The notes: a model not told the origin generated them from the letters alone. 58,744 nucleotides of DNA from a virus (IMGVR_UViG_3300032282_001014:1-58744); one strand, 5' to 3'; counted from the stretch's first letter, positions 9,313-19,543 are shown. Made by a program: numbers and translations.

Positions 9313-11571
9313 ATGGGATACGAACTTGATCAATTGATGAAGCAGTATGGTGTAAGTACTCCTACTAAGGCTACTTATACGGGTGCTGAAGATCCTGGTG
9401 TTGCTCCGACTGCGCCTAAAGAAGTTGCTATGGCGGTAGCTCCAGAGGCATTTACTTTAACGGCTCCTGCAGTATATAAAGCTCCAACTAAACCAGTAGA
9501 ACCTGCTAAGCTAGGAGCAAAAGCTACGGCAGCTCAGAAAACAGCTTACACTACGGCTCTTGATAAATATGCTTTAGATTTAGAAGATTATAATTTAACT
9601 AACACTCCAGAAGCTATAGAAAAAGCTAGATATCAAAATGCGTTAGATATAAGCGCGTACAACCAAGCTAAAAGCACATACGACACAGATGTAATTAATT
9701 ATAATAACGCAATTAAAGCTTATCCTACAGCTTTTAAAACATACCAATCAGACAAAGCTATTTACGATAAAGCTAATACAACGTATTTAGATCTTTTAGA
9801 TAAATATAAAGTTGATAAAGGTGAGTATGACACTTACGCTGAAAATTATGGGAAAGCTTTTTCTAACCCTGTTGGCGGTTCAATGTACGGTAATCAAGAA
9901 CAATATTATACCGGAGTTGATCCATTTGTAAAGCAAGATGTTGAAAAAATAAATAATCCTGTTTACCAGTACGGAGCTGGGTCAATAGGTACTGGTCCTA
10001 ACGGAGAACCGTTAACCATGGTTGGCGGGTATCGTGGGTATTATACTGATAACCCGTCTGTACAAGCTTCTAAACTACCAGGAGGCGCATTAACTGCGCT
10101 TAAAACTTATCAGGAAGCAAATCCTAGCCAAAAATTTGTGACATTCTCTCACGGTGGTCCAGTTAAAACTCATTTTTACACAGGTGGTGGAAATGATTTA
10201 GACGGTACTCAGTTAGCGGCTGTAGATTTCATAGGTAGAGAAACTAATCCGGCTGAAATTGTAGATGGAAATGATTTTAGAATTACAACTCTTTCTCCTA
10301 CAGCTAAAGAAATACAACAGATTTATCCGGATGTAAATTTTGACAATTATCCTCGTCCTCAGATGGTGAGTAAGATAGATGATATCCCAATGCTGCCTGA
10401 CGATAGAGCTATGGAAAGACAAGCTCCTCCTAAGCAAGACATGCTTAGCGCGATGCTTGCAAAATATTCTACTGGAGACACAGACTACGCTTCAGAGATT
10501 AGAGATGCTAATAGAAGAGCATCTTCTGAAGCTGACGCTTTTCAGAAAATGTTAGGCAGTGCAATGAAAGGTGGTGACGAAGCACCTAGTAAAGCTGAGA
10601 TGTATTTTAGGCTCGCGGCAGCTTTTGGTGAACCGACTAAAACTGGACATGCTAGTGAAAGTATAGGTAAAGCTGGTAACGTGATGGCAGACCTGAAGAA
10701 AGAAGAGCGGGCAAGTAAAACTCAAAGAAGAAACTTAGGGTTGCAGTTAGGTATTGAAGGTCAGAAGTTGAAGATGCAAACTGCTAAAGATGAAGTGGCA
10801 TCTTTACGTGCGTTAGCTGGTGAACAAAGCAAAGACAAACGTGCCATAGCTATTGAGATGATGAAAGAATACATAAAATCAGGCGAGCCACAGTCTACTG
10901 CTGGAAAACAAGCTAAAGATGAAGGTTTAACTCCTGGCACTCCTGAGTTTCAGAAACGTGTAGAAAAAATTGCTGATCTTAATATTGAAAGACAGATGTC
11001 AGCTATTAACGCAGCTTTAGCTAACATGAGCGTAGGAGCAGCTAACTTAGCACTTTCACAAGGTAAATTTAGTTTAGACCAAGCGAAGTTTGAGAATGTT
11101 AAAAACCAACAGGGTAAATTGACTCCTGTAGAAGTTAAAATGAAATCTGAAACAGAAGACACTATAGCTGCGGCAGATTCAGCTATGGAAAGTTTAAAGA
11201 AAGCGTATGCTTTAAATCCGAATACGTTTGATGCTTCTTTCTTGGATAAAGCGCAGCGTAAACTTCTTGAAGAAACAGGTAATAAAGATCCAAAAGTTTT
11301 AGCTACTAGGGAGCAAGAAAACTTGTTGACCAAACAAGTTTTAGCTGGTTTGAAAGCTGCTTTCGGAGGCAACCCGACAGAGGGTGAACGTGATATACTT
11401 TTAAGCGTACAAGGTATAGGATCTAAGAGTAAAGAAGAGCGTGCTTTTATCATGAAAGATGCCTTTAAAGTTTTGAAAGCTAGTCGTGAGCGCCAAAACA
11501 AACGACTCAATGAAATTACTCAAGGTTTATACCGTGAAACTTCACCTGCTCCTGTCGGAGGGTTAGAGTAA
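9313..11571 (+). CDS. internal virion / ejection protein
   Basis: 752 aa, helical and coiled-coil; FSHGG and FYTGG motifs; lies in the ejection block. Confidence 0.55.
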   Translation: MGYELDQLMKQYGVSTPTKATYTGAEDPGVAPTAPKEVAMAVAPEAFTLTAPAVYKAPTKPVEPAKLGAKATAAQKTAYTTALDKYALDLEDYNLTNTPEAIEKARYQNALDISAYNQAKSTYDTDVINYNNAIKAYPTAFKTYQSDKAIYDKANTTYLDLLDKYKVDKGEYDTYAENYGKAFSNPVGGSMYGNQEQYYTGVDPFVKQDVEKINNPVYQYGAGSIGTGPNGEPLTMVGGYRGYYTDNPSVQASKLPGGALTALKTYQEANPSQKFVTFSHGGPVKTHFYTGGGNDLDGTQLAAVDFIGRETNPAEIVDGNDFRITTLSPTAKEIQQIYPDVNFDNYPRPQMVSKIDDIPMLPDDRAMERQAPPKQDMLSAMLAKYSTGDTDYASEIRDANRRASSEADAFQKMLGSAMKGGDEAPSKAEMYFRLAAAFGEPTKTGHASESIGKAGNVMADLKKEERASKTQRRNLGLQLGIEGQKLKMQTAKDEVASLRALAGEQSKDKRAIAIEMMKEYIKSGEPQSTAGKQAKDEGLTPGTPEFQKRVEKIADLNIERQMSAINAALANMSVGAANLALSQGKFSLDQAKFENVKNQQGKLTPVEVKMKSETEDTIAAADSAMESLKKAYALNPNTFDASFLDKAQRKLLEETGNKDPKVLATREQENLLTKQVLAGLKAAFGGNPTEGERDILLSVQGIGSKSKEERAFIMKDAFKVLKASRERQNKRLNEITQGLYRETSPAPVGGLE

Positions 11572-13568
11572 TGGCTACTAAAAACTACGGCACAAACCTT
11601 GCTCGGGCTGCTCTCGGGCAGGGTTTAGGTATGGGTTGGGGTGATGAAGCTGAAGCATGGTTACGTGCTAAATCAGGTGAGGGTGATTACGAACAAAACC
11701 TGAATAAAATACGTAAAGAATACGGTCAGTTTTCTAAAGAAAACCCATACGCTAGTGGGACTGCTGAGTTTGCTGGCGGGTTCGTTCCTGGTGTTGCTGC
11801 TATGTTTGTTCCTGGTGGACAAGCTGCCGGTGCTGCTCAAATGCAACGCTCTACGCTTAATGCGCTGGCTAGGTTAGCTGCCACTGGTGTTGCGACCGGC
11901 GCTATTTCAGGTGCTGGCTCTGCTGAAGAAGGTGATCGTGGTTCTAATGCTGTTTCAGGCGGTGTTATAGGTGGCACTTTAGGTGTGACTTTACCCGTCG
12001 GCATGAGAGCCGGTAAAGGTCTTTATAATTGGGCTAAAGAAAGAATACGTCCGACTGACGCATTAACTCAACAGCGAGCTTTAGAGAAATTTACTGAAGC
12101 TTTATCTGATTCAGGAATGTCTCCAAATGATATTAAACGTATCATGCAACGGGACAGAGCTTTAAATATACCTTCAACAATTGCTAACTCAGGAGAAGCA
12201 ATTACCGACTTAGCAGAAGCAGTTGCTCAGCGGAGCGGTAAAGCGGCTCGTAAAATTGAAAAAGGTATAACTGAACAAAAAGCAGGAATTAGAGAGCGTA
12301 CATATAAGCAAGCTGCTAAAGGTTTAAAACCAGGAGATTATTATGCCGATGAACAAAGAATGGTTAGCGACCTGCGTAAAAAAGCTGACACTCTTTATGA
12401 CAAAGCTTATGAACATGGTACGGTCGATGATCCGGTCATTAACGAAGTCTTAAAATCACCATCATTTAAAAACTTCTTTGATAAAGCTAAAGAAATTGCA
12501 GATGCGGAAGCTTTAGCTGCTAAAGTTCGAGGTGAAGATCCTTCTAAATACGAACTGCAAAATCTTTATAAAGTTATTAGGGATGACAAATTAAACCCTA
12601 TAGGTGTTGAAGTTACACAGTTACCGGACGTTCGTACTTTAGACTATATTAAACGGGGTATTGATGCTAGCATCGATGCTGGTTATAAAAGCGCTAAAGG
12701 TATGTCAACAGCAGAGGCTACTGCTTTAAAAAAGCTGCGTAAAGGGTATGTTGACCGATTAGACGCTCTTGTACCTGATTATAAAACAGCTAGAGGTTCT
12801 TATGCCGGCGACATGGAAGTCATAGACGCTATGCGTAAAGGTATGGATGATTTCGGCGGTATGGATCATGAACAAGTCGCCAGCCTCGTAAAAAATATGA
12901 GTGATGCTGAAAAGCAAGCTTTCCGTACAGGTGTTGCTCGAGATCTTTACGGTCGTATTATGAATCCTTCAAGTAATTTCAATGCAGCTCAACGTATTAT
13001 CGGTGCACCTGAGATGCAAGATAAATTACGTCCTTTGTTTGACAGCCCAAAACAATTTAGAGTATTTAAAAATGCTTTAGAGCGTGAGTCTCAATTGTTC
13101 CATCAATCTAATAATATTCTAGCTAACTCTCGTACTGCGAAACGTACAGATATGGGTAAAAAGCTCGAAGAAGGTAACGAGGTAGGTGGATTTATTGCGG
13201 ATGCAGTCACCGGCGGTTTCTGGAACTCATTGACAAAAACAGCTTTAACTGGTTTACGTAAAACGCAAATGACTGATGCTACTGCTGATAAGTTAGCAGA
13301 TATGTTGATGGCTAAAGACCCTAGACAAGTTGCGGCAGCTGTAAAAGCTTTAGAGAATCACGCTGCTCAAGCTGCTCCAAAAGCTCTCAAAACTTCAGCT
13401 TTAGAAAGAGGAACAGTGACGGGAACTTCAAGCGCAATATTCCCGTCACCGTCAGATAAAGAAACACCTAAACCTATAGAAAGCGATATTGAAACTGATA
13501 TCGCAGCGCCTAGTTCTGGTCCGAGTATAGAAGACGATATACTTAAAGAGGAATCTCAACAGAGATAA
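11571..13568 (+). CDS. large internal virion / ejection protein
   Basis: 665 aa; N-terminal GQGLGMGWGDEAEA and G/A-rich hydrophobic helices typical of podovirus DNA-transfer proteins; last gene of the late operon. Confidence 0.6.
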   Translation: MATKNYGTNLARAALGQGLGMGWGDEAEAWLRAKSGEGDYEQNLNKIRKEYGQFSKENPYASGTAEFAGGFVPGVAAMFVPGGQAAGAAQMQRSTLNALARLAATGVATGAISGAGSAEEGDRGSNAVSGGVIGGTLGVTLPVGMRAGKGLYNWAKERIRPTDALTQQRALEKFTEALSDSGMSPNDIKRIMQRDRALNIPSTIANSGEAITDLAEAVAQRSGKAARKIEKGITEQKAGIRERTYKQAAKGLKPGDYYADEQRMVSDLRKKADTLYDKAYEHGTVDDPVINEVLKSPSFKNFFDKAKEIADAEALAAKVRGEDPSKYELQNLYKVIRDDKLNPIGVEVTQLPDVRTLDYIKRGIDASIDAGYKSAKGMSTAEATALKKLRKGYVDRLDALVPDYKTARGSYAGDMEVIDAMRKGMDDFGGMDHEQVASLVKNMSDAEKQAFRTGVARDLYGRIMNPSSNFNAAQRIIGAPEMQDKLRPLFDSPKQFRVFKNALERESQLFHQSNNILANSRTAKRTDMGKKLEEGNEVGGFIADAVTGGFWNSLTKTALTGLRKTQMTDATADKLADMLMAKDPRQVAAAVKALENHAAQAAPKALKTSALERGTVTGTSSAIFPSPSDKETPKPIESDIETDIAAPSSGPSIEDDILKEESQQR

Positions 13569-13591
13569 TTTCTCCTCACGTATGTGGGTTT

Positions 13592-13618
13592 ACCCCGATT
13601 AATTTCGGGGTTCTTTTT
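13592..13618 (+). terminator. rho-independent terminator at the convergence of the late and replication operons
   Basis: ACCCCGA-N6-TCGGGGT stem followed by a T-tract. Confidence 0.6.
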
Positions 13619-13859
13619 CTTCTAACGGCATTTCCGGTTTAGGTATAGGTTTGGCAAATAACCATCTATCACCTAAAATCATAATAGATTTAACCCATTT
13701 TTCACGGTTAGCGGAGTTTTGTTCTTCAGTAGCATACTCACTGTTGAACAATTCTTCGCTGCGCGATACAAGCTCTTTTGTAGTAATATGAGGAACTTTT
13801 TTAGGTTTCTCAAATATCTTACGAGTTTCTACGTTTTTTGCAGTTTTTATGTTAAGCAT
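13599..13859 (-). CDS. hypothetical protein
   Basis: 86-aa ORF overlapping the resolvase stop; SD-like GAGGTG upstream. Confidence 0.55.
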   Translation of the reverse strand: MLNIKTAKNVETRKIFEKPKKVPHITTKELVSRSEELFNSEYATEEQNSANREKWVKSIMILGDRWLFAKPIPKPEMPLEEKEPRN

Positions 13860-14328
13860 AATTCACCTCAAATAACCAGCGTGCCATTAATAGAGCTTCC
13901 GCTCTGTCGGTATGCTTCTTTAGATGGATAGGTGCGTTAGGAAACAGCTTTACGGCTAACGCTCTCGATAAATCTTTGTCGCTTGTCAATTTAAAATGCT
14001 TTTTCCAAGTGACGGGTGTTACTACGTGCATCTCATAACTACACGCTGCTAAAGCTGATCTGGCGCAGCCGAAGCTGTCACCTAGACTAAAAACACTTGA
14101 TACTCCTTGTCCTGGCATAGCGTTTACACGTTCTAGAGCTGCGGCGCATTTATCGTCAGCTAGAACATACTCTCTAAGTAACCGAATTAACCCTGCAGGA
14201 TCAACTTCCCTTTTAACTGTACCCGTACCCTTGATTATAAATGGCATGTCTTCTACGGCTAAGAAAGCGCCATCAGAGAGGAATGCGATAGCGCCATCTA
14301 ATCCTGGGTCAATGCCAACTGTTATCAT
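13852..14328 (-). CDS. RuvC-like Holliday junction resolvase
   Basis: VGIDPG, LERV, VTPVTWKK and DRAEALL catalytic motifs. Confidence 0.85.
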   Translation of the reverse strand: MITVGIDPGLDGAIAFLSDGAFLAVEDMPFIIKGTGTVKREVDPAGLIRLLREYVLADDKCAAALERVNAMPGQGVSSVFSLGDSFGCARSALAACSYEMHVVTPVTWKKHFKLTSDKDLSRALAVKLFPNAPIHLKKHTDRAEALLMARWLFEVNYA

Positions 14329-15164
14329 AGTACCTCGTAATGTTCACATGCCGCTCTCTGCTGGTCTTGAGTTAGCACCGTTTCGTCTCTGAGACACGTC
14401 CAACTACCGTTCTGAGTAGGCGCAGAATTCACGCAAGAACGACATGTTTTTAACGGCTCTTTCTGTTTCAAGCAGACCTCTTTTTGGTCACAAAATTTAC
14501 ACCCGAAAGATGAAGCATCGTCACTTATACCGGCGGGTCTCATTTTTGCTTCTATAAGCTTTATAACTTTCGTTGAAAGTTTCTTTTGCTCAGCACGATC
14601 TTCTTTAATGCGCTCTACGTAAAACTGTTCGTTGTCTTTGCAAACAGCAACGTACATACCTCGATTTAAACCCATAAGAGCCATGCTATACTGCATTTGG
14701 GAGTAATGCGTAGGTTTGGAGTCCTGAACACCTTTTTTGTTTAACCCGTTAAAACTGTCTTTATTGTGAGTTTTTACTTCCAAAAGATGCGCAACTTCTT
14801 CGTTGTCAGGAACACCTTTCATTATACCGTCAACTTTAGTTACAAAGTGTCCGGTGTCGTCTGAACGCTCAAACTGTTTACCGTCTTCATCTCTATCCCA
14901 AACTTGAAAACCGGCACGGCGTAAATCGTTGACAATTCTATCTTCTTGAAGATGCCCTGTTTCAAACAATCTCAGTATTCTACCGTCAAATGACGAAGAA
15001 GTAAATGAACGCCAGCTGAACCAAACTTTACGTATGCAGTCTTCACCTATGAAAGACGCACCGAGACGACCTAGGTATAACTCAGAATTAGACTTTTCTT
15101 GCTTTATACTTTCGTAAATTCTATCTATTACGACCTGCTCTGGGCGAGGTGGCAAAGCTACCAT
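14325..15164 (-). CDS. Cas4-like / PD-(D/E)XK exonuclease
   Basis: LGASFIGEDC, GHLQE, VDG...LEVKT, QMQYSM (QxxxY) and C-terminal CKFC...C...CRSC cysteines. Confidence 0.8.
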   Translation of the reverse strand: MVALPPRPEQVVIDRIYESIKQEKSNSELYLGRLGASFIGEDCIRKVWFSWRSFTSSSFDGRILRLFETGHLQEDRIVNDLRRAGFQVWDRDEDGKQFERSDDTGHFVTKVDGIMKGVPDNEEVAHLLEVKTHNKDSFNGLNKKGVQDSKPTHYSQMQYSMALMGLNRGMYVAVCKDNEQFYVERIKEDRAEQKKLSTKVIKLIEAKMRPAGISDDASSFGCKFCDQKEVCLKQKEPLKTCRSCVNSAPTQNGSWTCLRDETVLTQDQQRAACEHYEVL

Positions 15165-15179
15165 AAATTCTCCTGTTAT

Positions 15180-15284
15180 GTAGGTGTGGGGTCACTAAGC
15201 GAAAGGTAAGACTGCTACTATGAAAACCTAGCCCCCACTGCCGGTGTTTTACACCACCTCCGGCTGGGTGTCGCTGCTGCCTAC
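15180..15284 (-). ncRNA. candidate structured cis-regulatory RNA between the SSB and exonuclease genes
   Basis: Minus strand: closing stem GTAGG/CCTAC, stem GCCG+GTGT/ACAC+CGGC with a bulge, stem GTGGGG/CCCCAC; ends just before the SD AGGAG. Confidence 0.45.
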
Positions 15285-15770
15285 TTAATCCCAAGGATTC
15301 CCTGTTTTAGCCGCTGCGGGAGCTGGCTTAGGCGCTGCTTTAGAGGCAGCTTTTGGAGCAGACTCTGCGGCACCAGACAGGAAGGTTTTAATACGGTTAC
15401 TATCTGAATAACCACCTGTACCTTTTTCAATTCCAACAGAAGCTAAAAAAGGTTTATCAAGCAGCTTGTCGGTGTCTTCTGCATCTGCCTTACCACAAGC
15501 TGCAGCCCAAGCAATCAACTGCTGACGCCCGATGCTCTGAGCTTTTTCACTTGGGTTATTGTGGTTGAAATTCTGCCATATCAAACGATTAGCGTAGTCA
15601 CCTTTAACTACTTCAAACTTGACCTTAATATAAGATCCGTCACCTTTACTGGTGGTTTTTTCTTCAGCTTCCACTGCTTTAAGGGTGTATTCTCCCTCAG
15701 GAATAGGATCATAAGAAACAGGAGCTGATGATATTTCCACATCAGACACATCAAAACCGAATTTAGCCAT
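15285..15770 (-). CDS. single-stranded DNA-binding protein (DUF669-like)
   Basis: YDPIPEGEY...YIKVKFEVV...LIWQNF, AP-rich linker and C-terminal NPWD; GGAG upstream of ATG 15770. Confidence 0.75.
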   Translation of the reverse strand: MAKFGFDVSDVEISSAPVSYDPIPEGEYTLKAVEAEEKTTSKGDGSYIKVKFEVVKGDYANRLIWQNFNHNNPSEKAQSIGRQQLIAWAAACGKADAEDTDKLLDKPFLASVGIEKGTGGYSDSNRIKTFLSGAAESAPKAASKAAPKPAPAAAKTGNPWD

Positions 15771-15780
15771 GGTAATCTCC

Positions 15781-16521
15781 TTAGTTGGCAATTGGAATAA
15801 GTTTAGCTACGTTTTCCATAGTCATCTCGACTTCATCTGGGCATGTGTAACGATTCTTTGCAGCATACGCCGGATTCTCTACGAAATGTAATAGTCGCTC
15901 ACCAGTTGTAACACCACGATTCTTTGTGTTGTTGAAGCCGGTGTCTGCCTTACGGATGATGACTTTAAAAGCAGCGAACGCTAAAACGTCTGCCCATTCC
16001 ATCAACAACGCATTGCAACGATTAGGTAACTTAGGTTGGTACCGATCATAAGGTTCTGTCCTTGGATCTTCAAAACGTATAACTGCTGAATGCGCAATCA
16101 ATACAACATTCATGTTACGTTTATAACGCAAGACGTCTAAACCTTGCAGAATTTCACGAAACTCTTCAGCTACTAACATTTGACCTTTGCCGTAGGCAAG
16201 ATCTTTAGCTTCATGCGAGCTTTCTACGTTCTGCATAATCAACGGTTCAACCAGCCAATCAACTGAGTCGATTACAACTGTTTTGTACTCGTGATCCTCT
16301 TTGATGAGCGTTTTAATGCTCTCAACTACGTCGGTAACTGAAACAGCTCTAGGGAAGCTAGTCACGTCCAATGAATCTAAACCGTCTTCGGTGCTAATGA
16401 AGATTGGTTTAGGGAATTGACTCGCCAACGTAGATTTACCGATACCATGTCCTCCGTAGATGCAAATACGGGGTGGTATTTCCTGCTTGCCTTTTCTGAG
16501 GCTTTTTTGCCAGTCTGACAT
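15781..16521 (-). CDS. Sak4-like AAA ATPase / ssDNA-annealing recombinase
   Basis: Walker A YGGHGIGKST, Walker B VVIDSVDW, LIAH and AKNR motifs. Confidence 0.8.
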   Translation of the reverse strand: MSDWQKSLRKGKQEIPPRICIYGGHGIGKSTLASQFPKPIFISTEDGLDSLDVTSFPRAVSVTDVVESIKTLIKEDHEYKTVVIDSVDWLVEPLIMQNVESSHEAKDLAYGKGQMLVAEEFREILQGLDVLRYKRNMNVVLIAHSAVIRFEDPRTEPYDRYQPKLPNRCNALLMEWADVLAFAAFKVIIRKADTGFNNTKNRGVTTGERLLHFVENPAYAAKNRYTCPDEVEMTMENVAKLIPIAN

Positions 16522-16549
16522 TTTGTTTCTCCTTTCTGAAGTTTGGCGG

Positions 16550-16912
16550 TTAGTCGTCCGCACTGATAAAACCTGCAAACTCATCGTTGTTGAGTATACC
16601 GAAATCCCAACGCTGAGCAGTATATTGAAATTGATTCCTATCCCAGCTTAACACATTTATTATTGCATGATATTCAGTTATCACTGACATAGCTACTGCG
16701 CAAAGCGTAGGATCACCTATTATCAAAAGATAATCTCCTTGCTGCCAATCTTTAAGTTCCCTACGAGCCTTATTCAATAACTGATTAGTATCGTAAGGCT
16801 TACGAGGATTAGCAAATATAGCACGTAGCTTCCCATATTTTTTAGCGTCTGATAAATCTTTATTATTGTCAACTTGCACCACGTATACTGTTCTTTCGTT
16901 ACCCTGTTCCAT
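16550..16912 (-). CDS. conserved hypothetical protein of the replication module
   Basis: ~120 aa (VYVVQ...AKKYG...GDYLLIIGDP) overlapping the polymerase stop. Confidence 0.6.
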   Translation of the reverse strand: MEQGNERTVYVVQVDNNKDLSDAKKYGKLRAIFANPRKPYDTNQLLNKARRELKDWQQGDYLLIIGDPTLCAVAMSVITEYHAIINVLSWDRNQFQYTAQRWDFGILNNDEFAGFISADD

Positions 16913-18740
16913 TTTTCTTCTTCCTAGGTTGTTTTGGGGGAGGAGCAACTAAAGCCAACTGCTCCGCTGTTAAATACTCCTTGCAACCTACAGCTATAGC
17001 TATCTTAATTGCTTCTTTGATATACCACGTATAGTCTAAATCTTTCGGATGTATAACTTTGTCTTTCAAAATCATGCACGCTTTCGCACCATCCGTTTTT
17101 GGAACCTTGTTTCCGTTGGAAACGTATCTAATAGGATCCACTTCACCATCGCTAGATTGGTACCAACGAACGACTTTGCCAAGGAATTTGCCAAACTGCT
17201 GCCCACCTCCGGTGACATTCCGTGCCGAGATAAAATCTTGAAACGGAGCACTGCGTATAGTCTCCTCAAATGGCGTACCGACCGCGAGCCACTGCCCGAC
17301 TGCATCTGAAGCGACCTGCGCTGTGGGGTTCTTCCGCAACGATAACGGCGCATATATACCTTTCACTTTGAGACTGCGATCCGGTTTAATTGCTATGTAG
17401 TTATTTACGTCTTTCATAGCTAACGCTCTATATGGCGTAAATTCAAACTCAAATCGCGAAGTTTCACTAAACTTAGCTACAACCCTCTGAATGGTTTCAT
17501 GCTGCGATTTAGAGTAGCGAATCGCTATGCCGTCGGTGTTAGCAGATAAAGTTATAGCACCTGCTTTCTCCAACCATTCAATCAGCATTAAAAGTGTAAA
17601 CTGGCCAGTTAGCGTTACCGCTAACATCAGATCAGGGGAATAGAGAACTGAGTATTTGCTGGCCAGTTTACCGAAAGTGCCATTTAACGAAATCTTTAGA
17701 GTTTCGTTAATTACCTTGTCGCCGGTTCGTTTTGCCTCGAGCCGTTTGTTATAAATATTTCTGTACTCATCGATAAACGGTTTCCCGAGCGACTTGGGGA
17801 TAAAACCACATTCAAGGATAATCGAGGGGTAGAATGAGGCAGCATCGATATCGCAGATGATGTCGTCACCAGCGATGTAGCAGATTGATTTGTCGTGTAC
17901 ACTATGTATTCCTCCAACTCCAAGTTGATATTCACCTACACCGAATTTTATTGTAGTTCCACCCAAAAAATCTGGCAGTATGACGTGCCCTGTGTTTTTA
18001 TTCATATCAAACACATGCACAGAGACCTTATCCAATAAACCTTGTAACTCGGGATCCATAAACTTCAGAAACTGAGGCGGTATGTATCTTACGGTATTCG
18101 GTACTTCATTATCCCTACGCTCAAGCTTCATAGACGTTACGTAAGCTTGTTCAGCCATCTGAGAATCAGACTTACTACGCATGTCAGTTTTATACTGCTT
18201 TGACATGTCTACTCGCAGCATAATCTCTTTTTCAAGATGACGTAACAACTCTTGCGTAGTGTCTACGTCGTTATGACAATACTCAAGCACCAAAGGTTCC
18301 TGCTCTGGTGTTATATACGCATCATGAGCTATCGGCATGTCTTGCAGTATAGGCATATGCATACGTGCTCCGTAAGCTTTTAAACCTACGAACGACGGAG
18401 CCACCTCAATAATGTCTATAGTGTCTATCATTACGTCCCTGAGACTGAACTTACGCATTGCCTGCCAGTATGCCACACGATTAACGATCAAGTCATCGGC
18501 TATACGCTTGATTTCCAACGAGGTGCGCCCACCACAAAACGCAGCAACCACTACGTTGTCAAACGAACGACTGTTAAAACCTACGAACGTAGCATCAGGT
18601 TGCTGTACAAATTTCAATAGTCTCTCCGCTGAGTTTTCCTCATGCTGCCAGAGATCGAACCACTCGCCCGTGTCTACGTTTTTAGCGCAGAATAACGTGC
18701 GGTTAGGTAAGGTCTCAGTATCGAACACAAATGTAGCCAT
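16899..18740 (-). CDS. DNA polymerase, family-B-like, with N-terminal 3'-5' exonuclease
   Basis: FDTE, GFNSRSFD and YCHNDV exonuclease motifs; DIDAASFYPSII (A), KISLNGTFGK (B) and SANTDGI (C). Confidence 0.9.
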   Translation of the reverse strand: MATFVFDTETLPNRTLFCAKNVDTGEWFDLWQHEENSAERLLKFVQQPDATFVGFNSRSFDNVVVAAFCGGRTSLEIKRIADDLIVNRVAYWQAMRKFSLRDVMIDTIDIIEVAPSFVGLKAYGARMHMPILQDMPIAHDAYITPEQEPLVLEYCHNDVDTTQELLRHLEKEIMLRVDMSKQYKTDMRSKSDSQMAEQAYVTSMKLERRDNEVPNTVRYIPPQFLKFMDPELQGLLDKVSVHVFDMNKNTGHVILPDFLGGTTIKFGVGEYQLGVGGIHSVHDKSICYIAGDDIICDIDAASFYPSIILECGFIPKSLGKPFIDEYRNIYNKRLEAKRTGDKVINETLKISLNGTFGKLASKYSVLYSPDLMLAVTLTGQFTLLMLIEWLEKAGAITLSANTDGIAIRYSKSQHETIQRVVAKFSETSRFEFEFTPYRALAMKDVNNYIAIKPDRSLKVKGIYAPLSLRKNPTAQVASDAVGQWLAVGTPFEETIRSAPFQDFISARNVTGGGQQFGKFLGKVVRWYQSSDGEVDPIRYVSNGNKVPKTDGAKACMILKDKVIHPKDLDYTWYIKEAIKIAIAVGCKEYLTAEQLALVAPPPKQPRKKKNGTG

Positions 18741-19003
18741 CAGTCCTGATTAACGTAATTTCTAGTAGGTTCAGAGCCATCATCGGGTAACCCTAATCCT
18801 GGCGAGCTGACTATCTCAATATACTTCTCAAGGAAATGCTGAGCTTTTAAAAGGTCAGGTAAACCGTTTTTATTTTTCCAACGGGTTACATACTTAGTGA
18901 TTTGACCTTGGAAATAATCAAGATCGTTAGCTACTACGTAGTCCCAATGTTGAATACCTGAGCGGTAATGTGAACCTGCAACCTGCTTATCATTTGCACT
19001 CAC
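18740..19003 (-). CDS. DUF3310 / SaV-like protein (T7 gp1.7-related putative nucleotide kinase)
   Basis: QVAGSHY...QHWDY...ITKYVTRWKNKNGLPDLLKAQHFLE. Confidence 0.75.
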   Translation of the reverse strand: MSANDKQVAGSHYRSGIQHWDYVVANDLDYFQGQITKYVTRWKNKNGLPDLLKAQHFLEKYIEIVSSPGLGLPDDGSEPTRNYVNQD

Positions 19004-19487
19004 TAGCCATCTCCTTAATTAAATTAAACAATTCTTTTTCACGTCCGTACAGCATCGTTTCCTCAGCGTAAGCAACATAACGATTGAATATACTTCTCAT
19101 GTTACTGTTACCTAAAGACATTTCTTTTATGCAAAACAACGCGCCTTGTGCTACGTCTGCTAACTTTAAAGTTCTTGTGTCGTCAGGGTAAAGTTGGGGC
19201 ATACCTAAACCGGCTTCTCTAAGTAACTTGTCCTCAAGCTCGCTAACCTGATCACCGATGCCGTATTTATGCTTTGCAGGAGAAGGAATGTCGCCAGTTT
19301 GATGCTCTGCTAAATCATGCAGAAGAGCAGCCAGTATCAGTCCTCGACTCGGGTTAGGATCAAGAAGCATACACAGCAAAGCAACACCATGCGAATGATG
19401 GCCAACGGTCTCAGTCATGAGCGTAGTCACCGTGTGGTATCGCTTTACAGCAGCACCGGCTAAAATGAATTCAAGGGTAGTTTTCAT
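18990..19487 (-). CDS. HD-domain deoxynucleotide phosphohydrolase (YfbR-like)
   Basis: VKRYH, ETVGHHSHGVA, ALLHDLAEHQTGDIPSP and LKLAD motifs. Confidence 0.85.
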   Translation of the reverse strand: MKTTLEFILAGAAVKRYHTVTTLMTETVGHHSHGVALLCMLLDPNPSRGLILAALLHDLAEHQTGDIPSPAKHKYGIGDQVSELEDKLLREAGLGMPQLYPDDTRTLKLADVAQGALFCIKEMSLGNSNMRSIFNRYVAYAEETMLYGREKELFNLIKEMASECK

Positions 19488-19543
19488 GCGTTCTCCAGTT
19501 ATGAGTTATGCAAAGAATTATAGGTTAAAAATAGCATTAGTTG

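Noticed and set aside
14325-15164. Cas4-like gene as part of a CRISPR system
   Set aside because: No cas1/cas2 or repeat-spacer array; it sits in a standard Sak4-SSB-exonuclease-resolvase recombination module
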